A stretch of 63,941 bases of DNA, filler included, from Vannella sp. (lineage: Eukaryota), in assembly GCA_023345925.1 (NCBI GenBank). It is 7 parts of 7 records of this genome, joined end to end, with 100 filler letters (N's around TTAATTAATTAA, not from the genome) between each part and the next. Parts side by side here need not be neighbours in the genome. Positions count along the whole stretch, not along the records: positions 7,791 to 18,538 come from JAJQQN010001328.1; positions 18,639 to 25,195 come from JAJQQN010000022.1; 5 more parts are not named here. The stretch is one strand, 5' to 3'. The position numbers and the translations under genes were made by a program. The notes under the pieces are model-generated. The model was not told where the DNA came from and did no database searches. It worked only from the letters and a program-made list of their open reading frames with translations. This document shows positions 11,907-22,694 of this stretch, piece by piece. How positions within the stretch are numbered: the stretch's first letter is position 1; each line of letters begins with the position of its first letter.

Positions 11907-14465
11907 CTACAACTGAGTAGTCTCCTCTGCTGGCTCTTCCACTGGCTCGCCCTCGCTGCTCACTAACGAACGCGGCGAAGTCTTCGGGGCCATCGCTTCT
12001 CTCTTGGGCTTGGATGCTTGCCGGGCGCTGGTCTTGGCGGGAGGCTTCTTTGAAGTGAATATGAGCGTGGATATATCAGACAGGTCAATGGAGATGGAAC
12101 TGGAGACTGCTTCGGGCTCGGGTTCCCGATGGTTCCCTTTGAGAATGTCTTGGCAGAAGGCCATATCAACCCCGCACTCTTCTGCACGCTGTGCAATGAG
12201 GTCCATCTTAAAGGACACACGATCGTTGATCTTATCCTGCATGGTTTCTGTGATGCGGTTGAGAATCTCTTGCATACTCGTTCGTAATTCCCTTTCCTCT
12301 TCCAGGAGGAGTTTCGCCTCCCGTAGTTCTGCTTCGCATTGCTGGAAGGCCTCTCTCATTAAGAGGAAAGCCTCACGGTTGATCTCCTCGAACTCAACCT
12401 CGCTTGGCTCCACTCCATCTTCTCGAGCAGCTGTCCAGGCAAAGTCGGGCTCCAGCTTCTTAACCCGTTCAAGTATTTGTCCCAGCTGTTCCACCTTCTC
12501 TGTCAGGAGCGTGTTCCCTTTAGCACCTTGCCGGATCTTCTTAAAGTTCAGAGCGATCTCTCCAGCTATCTTTCTGTGGCAAAGGTTCATCATATTCTAG
12601 ACCCTTTTGGTTAGCCTGCATGACATAAATAGTTACAAACGAACCGCTTCCAAGGGCTCTCGCGGTTCCTCTGGTAACGCTTCGAAGTTGGACAGATTCA
12701 TGAGGAACCCTTCCATGTCTTGTGACCTTTTTGTGATGATGGAATTGAATGGAATCATGAATTTCTGCGGGTTCGCTTGTAAGAAGGAGAAGGAGAAGAG
12801 CAAAAAAGGAAGAAAAACTCACTTCCTTGGAAAACATGATATTGTTGGACATGTTCTGGAGGATTTTGGTCACAAGAATCATCGTACGTCTTCCTCCAGC
12901 AGAGATATCCACATCAATGATACCAAATCGTTTGGGAGTGAGCGCCATGGGACTCAGAAAGCGAAGAAAGAAGAATCCTCCAAGAATTCGCGCCTCCAGA
13001 TCAGGGAACTTTTCAGAGACCATCCTCTTCACCGCATGGAAGATGATAGCCATACTCCTATCATTCCAAACCCATTCATTAGTCTCAGTCTTCGAAGCGG
13101 CGCAGTGGAACAGACTTACCGAGGGATTGTGGAAGCAAATATACGGTCCATCAGATCATTGGAGAACTTGGCCAAAACCTCGATGTTGGCCTCTGCTGAG
13201 TTGTCGGAGCAGCGGGCATGATCGACTTCAATCGCCTCCTTCCGGTACATCAAACGCTCAAAGGAGATTGAAAGCACATCCCGAGCATACTTGGCTCCTT
13301 TCAGCTTACAATAGGAAGAGAAAAGAGTAGTTCCTGGCGAGTTATTGCGGAACAATGTGGCTGGCGATACTTCCCACAATGATCAAAACCGGATGAATCT
13401 CGCTCCTTTGGGACTTCTTACCATTGTCATTCAGGTCTCGCTGCAAGCAATGCCTGATTAACGTGGCCTCTAATCGATTCGCAATGAAAAGGCGCATAAC
13501 GCAGTCCACAAAGTCCGGACTGGACACTTGGGAGTCCACGAGAAGCTCCACCACATCGCTATTGTACAAGAGGAACTGAGAAAGCTCTGCGCCAAAAGGC
13601 AGCGGTGCAAAGTCATTCTCATCTGCCCTAGGTGTGATGTGCTTCAACGGCAAAGCCTTTTTACTGCTCCCAGAGTCAGCCCAGACTTACTAATGGAAGA
13701 GTGAAGGGGCACGTACGACTTATTCAGCCCGAAAAGGTGCAAGTGTCGTGTTTTGCTCTTTCCCTTCTCTTCAGAGGGAGTCTCTTCGTCCCCACGTTGC
13801 TGTGCCTGGCTGCTGAGGAACTTGTCCAGCGCTTCTTGTTGCTCTGAGGGTGTGAGGGGCCGGTTCTTATTGAATACGAAGGTAGGTGCTTCTACGACCG
13901 GCTCTTCCTTCTTGTAGATGGGTAAGGAGATGTTGGGTTTGCCCTCTTCCCTCTTGTAGATGGGCAAGGAGATGTTCGGGTTGCCCTCTTCCCCCCTTGA
14001 TGGATCTCTCGGTGAGAGTGCGTTATCCTGGCTCTCTCGCTTCACAGAAGTCCCTGGGGTTGCATCACAGGCCCTCCTTGAGGAGGTGGAGAGAAGGGAG
14101 TTGACGATGCCCTTGGGGGAGATGAAAGCGGCCCTTTTGGGGTTCTTTTTGCTTCCGGTTGAGTCCGACTGAAGACGTTCCAGTGGTGCTTCTTCTGCAA
14201 GCTCCTCCTCGTCGCTATGAGTGATGGGAATACAGAGATCAATCAACTCCGGCGGAGTTGGAGGTTGACTGCCTCTCGGAGACAAAGACTGGTGCCTCAT
14301 CGGAGCTACTTCACTCTCCAAAGGCTCATGTCGTACAGACTTCTTCTTTATCCGTTTCTTGGCACTCTCCCTTATCTCCACTTGCTCCAAACCAAGCAAA
14401 GAGTCCTCCTCCAGAGAGACGACCTCTTCCATCGCCTCCACTCCAAATGACCCAAAATGAACCAA
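11907..14465 (-). CDS. RasGAP-domain protein (multi-exon)
   Basis: ATLFRNNS arginine-finger motif, GGFFFLRFLSP signature, LVTKILQNMSN; disordered N-terminus, coiled-coil C-terminus. Confidence 0.88.
13910..13993 (-). repeat. Two tandem 42-nt units in the RasGAP N-terminus
   Basis: Encodes EEGNPNISLPIYKR / EEGKPNISLPIYKK. Confidence 0.9.
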
Positions 14466-14544
14466 ATCTCTTCCAATAGTTAGAAATAAGAATTTAATTG
14501 ATTTGGGAGTCGAAAGCGATAAAAAATCATTTCATTGTGGGAGG

Positions 14545-15453
14545 ATGGCTGGCAGAGGTTTGGGCTCTGGAAGGCGTTCGGTTGACTTGTTGGATGATGA
14601 GGATGTGGAGATTGATGTGATGAGTAGTCCAGCTTCGAACGCGGGCAGCTTGTCCTCGGGGGAGAGGCAAGGATGGGTTTCAGCGTTTCGGTTACAACTG
14701 CAAGTGAGCCCTTGGTTCTCGTCTTGGTTACTGCTGGACTGGCTTGTGTGTGGTGTACTACTTCTCTCGGTGGAGATACCTGTGAACCTGTTTGCAACGC
14801 CTCATGAAGTCTTCTTCATTACCGATGACTTTGCTCAAAGCTACCCTCTGATGCCCAATACCATTCCTAACTGGTTGCTTATGGTCCTTATCATCATACC
14901 ACCCATCCTGGTGACCATCAGCGTGTTGGTACGCCGATTGTCGTTCGAGAACAAAGTCCACGAGATCCATCACGGCGTCCTCAGCTGGCTGCAGGCCATA
15001 ACGATCAACTTTCTAGTGTGTGACGCACTCAAGTACTCCTGTGGACGACACCGTCCCGACTACTTCGCGCGGATGCAGCGGGAAGATGCTTCGCCTACTC
15101 TGATTAAGGACGCCTCTTTGAGTTTCCCCTCTGGGCACTCGAGTAGCAGCTTTGCCGTGATGACCTTTCTCTTCCTTTATGCATGTGGGAAGACAAGAGT
15201 CTTCTACAGAGGCCACTTCTCTCAACTGATTGTCATCGCCATCCCCTTGTACATTGCCCTCTTCGTAGCGATCTCCCGCGTCCAAGACTACCGCCACAAC
15301 TACTCTGACATCGTAGCCGGAGCTCTTCTCGGTCTCATCAGCGGCCTAATCGGTTACCTGATGAACTTCCCGTCCGTTCTGCACCGCCGAGCCGACATTC
15401 CTCGGAACAAAAAGGCCGTTTGGGCCTCTGAGCAGCATGTAGAGCAACAGTGA
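14545..15453 (+). CDS. PAP2-family lipid phosphate phosphatase, copy 1
   Basis: C1 KYSCGRHRP, C2 PSGH, C3 SRVQDYRHNYSD; about 6 TM segments; intronless. Confidence 0.93.
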   Translation: MAGRGLGSGRRSVDLLDDEDVEIDVMSSPASNAGSLSSGERQGWVSAFRLQLQVSPWFSSWLLLDWLVCGVLLLSVEIPVNLFATPHEVFFITDDFAQSYPLMPNTIPNWLLMVLIIIPPILVTISVLVRRLSFENKVHEIHHGVLSWLQAITINFLVCDALKYSCGRHRPDYFARMQREDASPTLIKDASLSFPSGHSSSSFAVMTFLFLYACGKTRVFYRGHFSQLIVIAIPLYIALFVAISRVQDYRHNYSDIVAGALLGLISGLIGYLMNFPSVLHRRADIPRNKKAVWASEQHVEQQ

Positions 15454-15527
15454 ACCAAGTCTCTCTCCCATTCTTCCTAAACATTGCTTTAATGAGGCGT
15501 GGAGCCCGCGCAGGAGTCATTTTCTTC

Positions 15528-16418
15528 ATGGCGGGAGGGGAAAGGGGCGAACAGAGCGCTCCCTTCCGCACTTCGTTGCCTTCCCCCGCTGCAGATGCTT
15601 CTCCTACTTCTGTAAGACCTTCTTTGTACAGTGCAGCACAGTTAGGAGCGGAGCCAGTGCAGAGACACCGAACGCGGGACTGGTTCACGTGGGAGTACTT
15701 TATGGATTGGGCGGTGTGTTTGGCGGTCATTGCCATCATGGAAGGCCCCGTTCACTACTTGTACCCGCCACATGAGGTGTTCTACATGGCAGGAGACTAC
15801 TCTCAGAGCTACCCGTACCAGTCTGACACTGTTCCCAGCTGGGCGCTTGGTCTCATCATGCTTTCACCCCTCCTTGTGCTTCCCTTCCTCTTCTACACCC
15901 GCAAACAGTCACCCCTGTTTAAGCACGAGCTTCACAACTATCTTCTAGCGTGGCTGGAAGCCTGTGCGATCAACTACTTGATTGCAGGCGCCGTCAAAGT
16001 CCTCACGGGCCGCCACAGGCCCGATTACTTCTCTCGCTTGAATCAGCCGGACCTTTCTACCTTCCAGATCCGTAACGCATCGTTTAGCTTCCCTTCAGGC
16101 CATACCAGCGGCTCCTTCACCGCCGCTACAATCCTCTTTCTCTATCTGAGCGGGAAAACGAAGGCCTTTCCTCGTGGCAACTTTGCTCTACTACTGGTGC
16201 TTGGTTTGCCTTTCTACTTTGCTCTTTGGGTGCTTGTGACACGTCTGCAGGACTACAAACACCACCACATTGATGTGGTGGCGGGAGTTCTTGTGGGACT
16301 GGCCAGTGGAGGCATCGGCTACCTCTTGAACTTCCCTTCCGTCTTCTCTAAGAAGTGTGGAACACCCAATAACCTGAGAGAACGCAACCAACCACGTTTA
16401 TTGCCCACTTACGGGTGA
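15528..16418 (+). CDS. PAP2-family lipid phosphate phosphatase, copy 2 (tandem paralog)
   Basis: C1 KVLTGRHRP, C2 PSGH, C3 TRLQDYKHHHID; colinear with copy 1. Confidence 0.93.
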   Translation: MAGGERGEQSAPFRTSLPSPAADASPTSVRPSLYSAAQLGAEPVQRHRTRDWFTWEYFMDWAVCLAVIAIMEGPVHYLYPPHEVFYMAGDYSQSYPYQSDTVPSWALGLIMLSPLLVLPFLFYTRKQSPLFKHELHNYLLAWLEACAINYLIAGAVKVLTGRHRPDYFSRLNQPDLSTFQIRNASFSFPSGHTSGSFTAATILFLYLSGKTKAFPRGNFALLLVLGLPFYFALWVLVTRLQDYKHHHIDVVAGVLVGLASGGIGYLLNFPSVFSKKCGTPNNLRERNQPRLLPTYG

Positions 16419-16452
16419 AGAAGAGTGTTTCTCACACTAAAGGAGCGCGTTC

Positions 16453-18181
16453 TCAGCGCTTTCCCCTTCCGTCGTTCTTGTTAGGATGACCAGAAGGTCT
16501 GGGTCCTTTGTTGAACGCTGGCTTGGTGGACGGTTTCCGATTTGGCTCGGAGGCTTTGAATTGGTTGGGCTGCTCTGGAATGTTTGGCTCTTTCTTGCGA
16601 CTGTGGCCAGGAGCATTGGGTGTTGCTTGTCCGGAGGAGAGCGGTGTAGCAGGAGCTGGAGGTGGCATTGGTTGGATTCCTTTCTTCTCAGGGGCTGAGG
16701 GGACGACGGGCCCAGGAAACTCGATAGTGGTTAGGTTCAACCACAATTCAACTTGATGCAATGAGACGCTCGAGTCTCGGAAGTATTCCAGGCACGAGGA
16801 TGCTCCGTCTCCCTTCCACTCCAAATACTTGGCCAACGCTTCAGACTCTTCAAGAGTCATTACCACTTTCTCCTCTTCCGAAGCGAGGAATTGGATGCGC
16901 GCACAGAAGGTAAGGAAATGCTTCTCTACGGTGGCAAACAGCTGGGACCATTTAGGGTAATACGAAAGGAACTCGTCCCCTTCACAAGACTTGACGATTT
17001 GGAGCATCTGAGAAGCGTTCAGAAGCGCATCCGCCTTCACATTGAGATGGCGGAGAGCTGCATAGGATGGGGACTTTGCAGGAAAGTTAGTCTTTCCGCA
17101 GATTCTTCGTTTCCGGACAGACTTACTTTGACTTTGATTCTCCGGAAATTGTTATCGCACACAATTACTCCCTCTGACGCAGTTGGAGGCCTGTTGCTGA
17201 CGAGTTTCAGTACCTTCTGGAGAGTCCAATCTCCGGAATACTCTTTTGGAAGGCAATCTGTTTGATACTCCTTCAGTTGAGGCCAGTTGTACTTCTCGGT
17301 GAACTAGGTGATGTGGTCAGTAGTGCTGCTAGTAGATTGAACGGGCTTACTGAAGAAGCGGGAAGTTCTTTCTGGGTGTTCATGTCTCTGGCACCGTGCA
17401 GCCAAACAATCTCTCCGTGACCTGCTTCCTTCATCCGCACTACCACTGGGTTAGTGTCGGCCATGAGCTCGAACAGAAAGCAGATGTGCTGGTCTTCTTC
17501 CCGCGGCTCGCTAAGTCCCATCTCTTTCCAAATCCTCCAAAAGGTGGAGAAGAAGGAGACTCCTGGTCGAGACTCGCCCGCATCCGGTTGTCCTGTTGTA
17601 CTCACTCTCCATTGCCCCTCATAGTAGTACAGACAACAGAGAGAACCATCAGCCTTCTCGGTAACGCGAGCAGAGGACCAGTCCAGAGCCTCTGCATCCG
17701 GACAATCCTGTTCTCCATAGTTGAAGAACTTCTCATACGGGAAAGCAATCGGTTTCCATGCCTGAGAGCGATCCAGGATCAGCCCGCGAACTTCTCTCAT
17801 CACTTGATGCTTGAAATGTCTCATCTCCGTTTGTTTGTACTGGAACAGATACAAAGAGGGGAGAGTGGGATGCTGTTTGACTAGAATGGGAGTACCAAAA
17901 GCAGTCTGCAGAGCTGGAATCCCGTGCTCTTGGAGAAACGCTTGAGTGGCAGATCTTCCGCTGGCACCAGCAAATGTGGGCGGTGGTGCTGGGTTTAGCG
18001 CCTCGTCCTCCCCTGAGAGTGTGCCGGGATCATTTGTTTGCTCTTCCTCACTCTCCATTGAAGGCGGAGTGACAGTTTCCGTACTGTTCTTGGCACTGGA
18101 AGTTCTGATAATGGAGGAACGAATCGTCATGTTGTAGGTCACTTGGGAGGGCCGAATGAAACGCTGCATTCTGACCAACAT
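16453..18181 (-). CDS. ATP-dependent RNA ligase, T4 Rnl1-like (3 exons)
   Basis: EVRGLIL, PYEKFFNYGE, motif I EKADGSL, motif III FLFEL, motifs IV/V EGVIVCDNNFRRIKVK; two GT-AG introns. Confidence 0.85.
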
Positions 18182-18538
18182 TGGGTCGAGTCACTGTCAA
18201 AAATAAAGACTTTAGACTGAACGCAGTAAATTTAAACACTTCAGATATCCGCGATATTATGGGACACTTTGCAGAAGTTGCAGGAAACCGAAGACTTCGT
18301 TTCTTGAGCGACCCGGAGAGAAAGCTGGGGTGAGAGAATGCTTATTGGTGGAAGCAGGTTGCTTCTCAAGTAGCGAAACTCCGGTTTCTCTGAGGTGAAC
18401 GTGGATCCAGCTTTCTCTCCAAAAGTTCCATCAACGACCGTTCCCAGAAATAGCTCTGGAAGGGCACTGCAACCCCTCAACAGATAAAATCAGACGGTAG
18501 AGATCAGGAATGAGTGAGTGAGTGGATTTATTGTTTAA

Positions 18539-18638
18539 NNNNNNNNNNNNNNNNNNNNNNNNNNNNNNNNNNNNNNNNNNNNTTAATTAATTAANNNNNN
18601 NNNNNNNNNNNNNNNNNNNNNNNNNNNNNNNNNNNNNN
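18539..18638. other. Artificial contig spacer
   Basis: N-run/TTAATTAATTAA/N-run. Confidence 0.99.
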
Positions 18639-19273
18639 TTGCACATTCCGGATCCGTTGTCTACAACAAGGGCTTGAACATCATCGTCGCACATGTCGAA
18701 GGAGTGATTAGAAGTGACTCAACATCCTCGTATCTTTTTATACCTGATCCATTGTGCGGCAACCTAAATGAGGCGCTCCACAGGGAGAAGTATCTTCTCT
18801 GCGCCAACCAAAACGTTCTTCCACGCTGTGGCCTTCCTTATTTAGCCAAGCCACAGTAATAATGGTATCATAAAGACATATCTTTATCCCATCATTATGG
18901 GATTGCATCATGGATGTTTCTGGAACATTGGTTTCGCTTTGGTTTCGCTTCAGGAGAGGTCCGATCATCGAACTAACGGCTTCCACAACTTCTCCACTTT
19001 CATCGGGACATTAGCATGGAGAGTGCGCTCTTGGCGAAGGATGGCGACGTTCAACGGTCGAACCGGGCGGCAAACTCATTGCCTGAGAGAGATGAGGTAG
19101 TGTTTGTCCATGCCAGTCAAGCAGAGAGCATCTATGCTGAGTGCTACGTTGGGGACCCTTCCTACACGACGTATCTTTCTCTCGCCCACAAAACGACTCC
19201 CTCTGAGGTGCGCCATCAGCTTTTACAAACCGCAGGACGTCTTCGCTTCCCCAGGACGCCTGCTAGTGGATAA
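18639..19273 (+). CDS. Possible 3' part of a spliced hypothetical gene
   Basis: Several short + strand open segments from the contig edge, ending ...RLRFPRTPASG*; no family recognised. Confidence 0.3.
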
Positions 19274-19297
19274 ACTCGCTCATTTCCCTTCGCCCTC

Positions 19298-20665
19298 ATG
19301 AGCTTCCGTGACTTGCTCTTGCGCCAATGCCGCTTTGTCAGCGCCTATCCATGGGAGAGCTCTCCCAAGGCCACAATGAGTCTGTGTGGGTCCTCTGCAC
19401 CCAAGCAGCATGAAGGAAAGCCTCTTCAAGACCGTGTGAGGATGACCTTTGAGTATTGCGGTGTTGAGGCGCAGGGTGAGCAAGGATCGCACTCTCCATG
19501 GTCTGGGAGCTTACAGGGAGATGATGGTCATCGATAGGAATCTGGTTGTTCAACTATACAGAGCCAGAGGCTCTCCCCGATCTGCTGCTACTCCCCCCGT
19601 TTGAGGAAGTGGAATTGGAGCTCCACCGCTGCGAAGAGTACCGGAGTTGGACAATATCAGATCGAGAAGGACTCTATAAGCTCACAAAAGCCATCGTTGC
19701 ACGCTGGAGGCAAGCCCACAAACTCTGCGTCGACCGCGCATACAATTTTCTCCTCGAATCCCAACTACGGAAGTCCCAGTGGAACCTAGCAAGCTTCCTC
19801 TATACCAAGCTTCCTCTCAGATCAAACGGTGAACTCTGCTGTGCCCTGCCACTTCAAATCGACTTCAACATCCTCAAAGAAGGTTCGATTCCTCCCACAA
19901 CGGCTCGTTCTCACACCTTTAGATGAAACAGCTTACAGAAAGAGAAGAGGAGGTCACGTTGTTGAATTGCTAGTGACTTGGAAGGACCCATATGACGTCC
20001 CTTCGGCCCTATTGAAAACCAAGTCACTTTTTGTGAATGATCTCTTGAAGGGCTTCACGGTTTGTTCTTCTCTCTGTTTGATGATCTCTTCTGACCTTAG
20101 GGAAGATGCCTAAATGGACAGAAGAATCCATTTTCTCATCGTTTTCTGATTCTCTTTACGAGGCTGTGGGATTGCACCTCGCCGCCATCCAGCTGCGCAG
20201 GAGCCTCTTTGGTATGCTCCAGAATGCTTTGGGAAGGTTCGTTAGATCTTAGTTAAGATATGGGGTACTAAACTAGCAAAGCCCGCTGGAGTATGACGGA
20301 ATTACCTTTTTGTCAATATCTTTTCTGGTGTTTCAGGACCAGCTCCCAGTTATGGTGAAGTGTAGGACTTCTCTACCAGATAGTGGCCTCTCCTGACATG
20401 CTTTAAGTGAAATTTGGGCCCAAGGGAGCGGTTCTCAAAGTATCTTTGGTCAGCCTGTTCTTCACTAGAAAAGGATTTCCGGCGTCCTTAGGACCAGAAT
20501 CCATGAGCTCCCAACCTTCGCACTTTGAAGTCTTAGCGGAGGAGATAGTGTAGGGGAAAGAAACAGTGCCGACTCCGGTTCCCATTTCTGACTCCAACTC
20601 TCTTCTTTAGAACCTGCTTGCCAGACCTCATCCAGAGGCTCCACTACCCACCCAAAGCAAAGTAG
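19298..20665 (+). CDS. BABAM2: BRE/BRCC45 (BABAM2)-like UEV-domain protein (multi-exon)
   Basis: Spliced DRVRMTFEYCGVEAQGIWLFNYTEPEALPDLLL resembles BRE [33 protein letters not shown] (recalled); later LPLQIDF and PLEYDG segments also colinear. Confidence 0.62.
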
Positions 20666-20690
20666 ACGACGGTTTCTATCAAAGAGCGCT

Positions 20691-21607
20691 TCAGTTGATA
20701 GTCATGGAGGCGAGGGGGACTTCCTCTTTCGGCTCTCTGGCTGGCGCTCGCTCGACCAAATTGCCACCAAAGTGACGCAATCCCTAAACACCAATGATGA
20801 TGAAAATCTGGCTTTCGACAGGGCGCTAGGAAACCTACCTTGACGAAGATGACGGTTGAGAAGACAACGCTCAGCATTGCTTCGAGGAAGACCCACAATT
20901 CAGTGTACCAGACAACAGGATAGATGTCACCATAGCCCACAGTAGAGATAGTGTTTCCACTGAAGTACAGGAAGACACCGTAGATGATGAAAATCTCCGA
21001 GTCCTTGTTGATGGTGGGGCAATAGAAGGACTTTGGGTTGATTTGGAACATGAGAGTGTACACACCGGCGAAGTTGATGATCACAGCCAGGTAGGACTGT
21101 ATCAGGAACCAGCCACTCGCTGTTCGGTGCTGCAATTGCTTGGCAAGCTTGACGGAGGTGGCGATGATGAAGACCATTTGTACCAGCTGGGTCAAAGAGC
21201 CCAGTACGATGGCTACATCGAGTACAGCTGCAAGGTCCTTGAGGAAGAACTCGAGAGCAGAGATGATGGATAGCAGGAGGAGCTGCCAAAGGACTGTGAA
21301 AAGGAGGACGTTGTTGGTTACCCACGCCCGCATTCGGCGGCGTGTTTTGTGCTTGATAACAAGGGCCTCTGGACGTACTGTTCTCAATAGGGAACGTATC
21401 ATACGGATCTCTCCCTCCACATTCTCCAGAGACTCCTCAATCCGTTGGCACATCTCCGGTGTGAGCCTTCCCTACATCAACAGCCGCGCTCCATGTAACA
21501 GGAGCTCCTACTCACCTCGAGACACTATCCTCTCCCAACAGACTCTCCTGAGGACCCTTAAACCCCTCCAAATCATCAAACCTCAACGAGGAGCCCGACG
21601 AGGCCAT
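20691..21607 (-). CDS. Small potassium channel (single pore domain plus two extra N-terminal TM segments)
   Basis: Pore/filter FLYFSGNTISTVGYGDIYP flanked by TM helices; predicted 5' exon from ATG 21607 and 3' exon ending at 20691. Confidence 0.88.
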
Positions 21608-21688
21608 CCAAAGTGGTCCTCAAAAAATGTTTAAAAAATCATTTGGGCCGGTTCAAAGGAGTGGCAGAGTCATTTCTTGATCCTCGAG

Positions 21689-22644
<956 letters not shown>

Positions 22645-22694
22645 GAAGCTCTGCATAGATTGGAGGAGCTAAACGCTGCTAAACACCTTCATTC

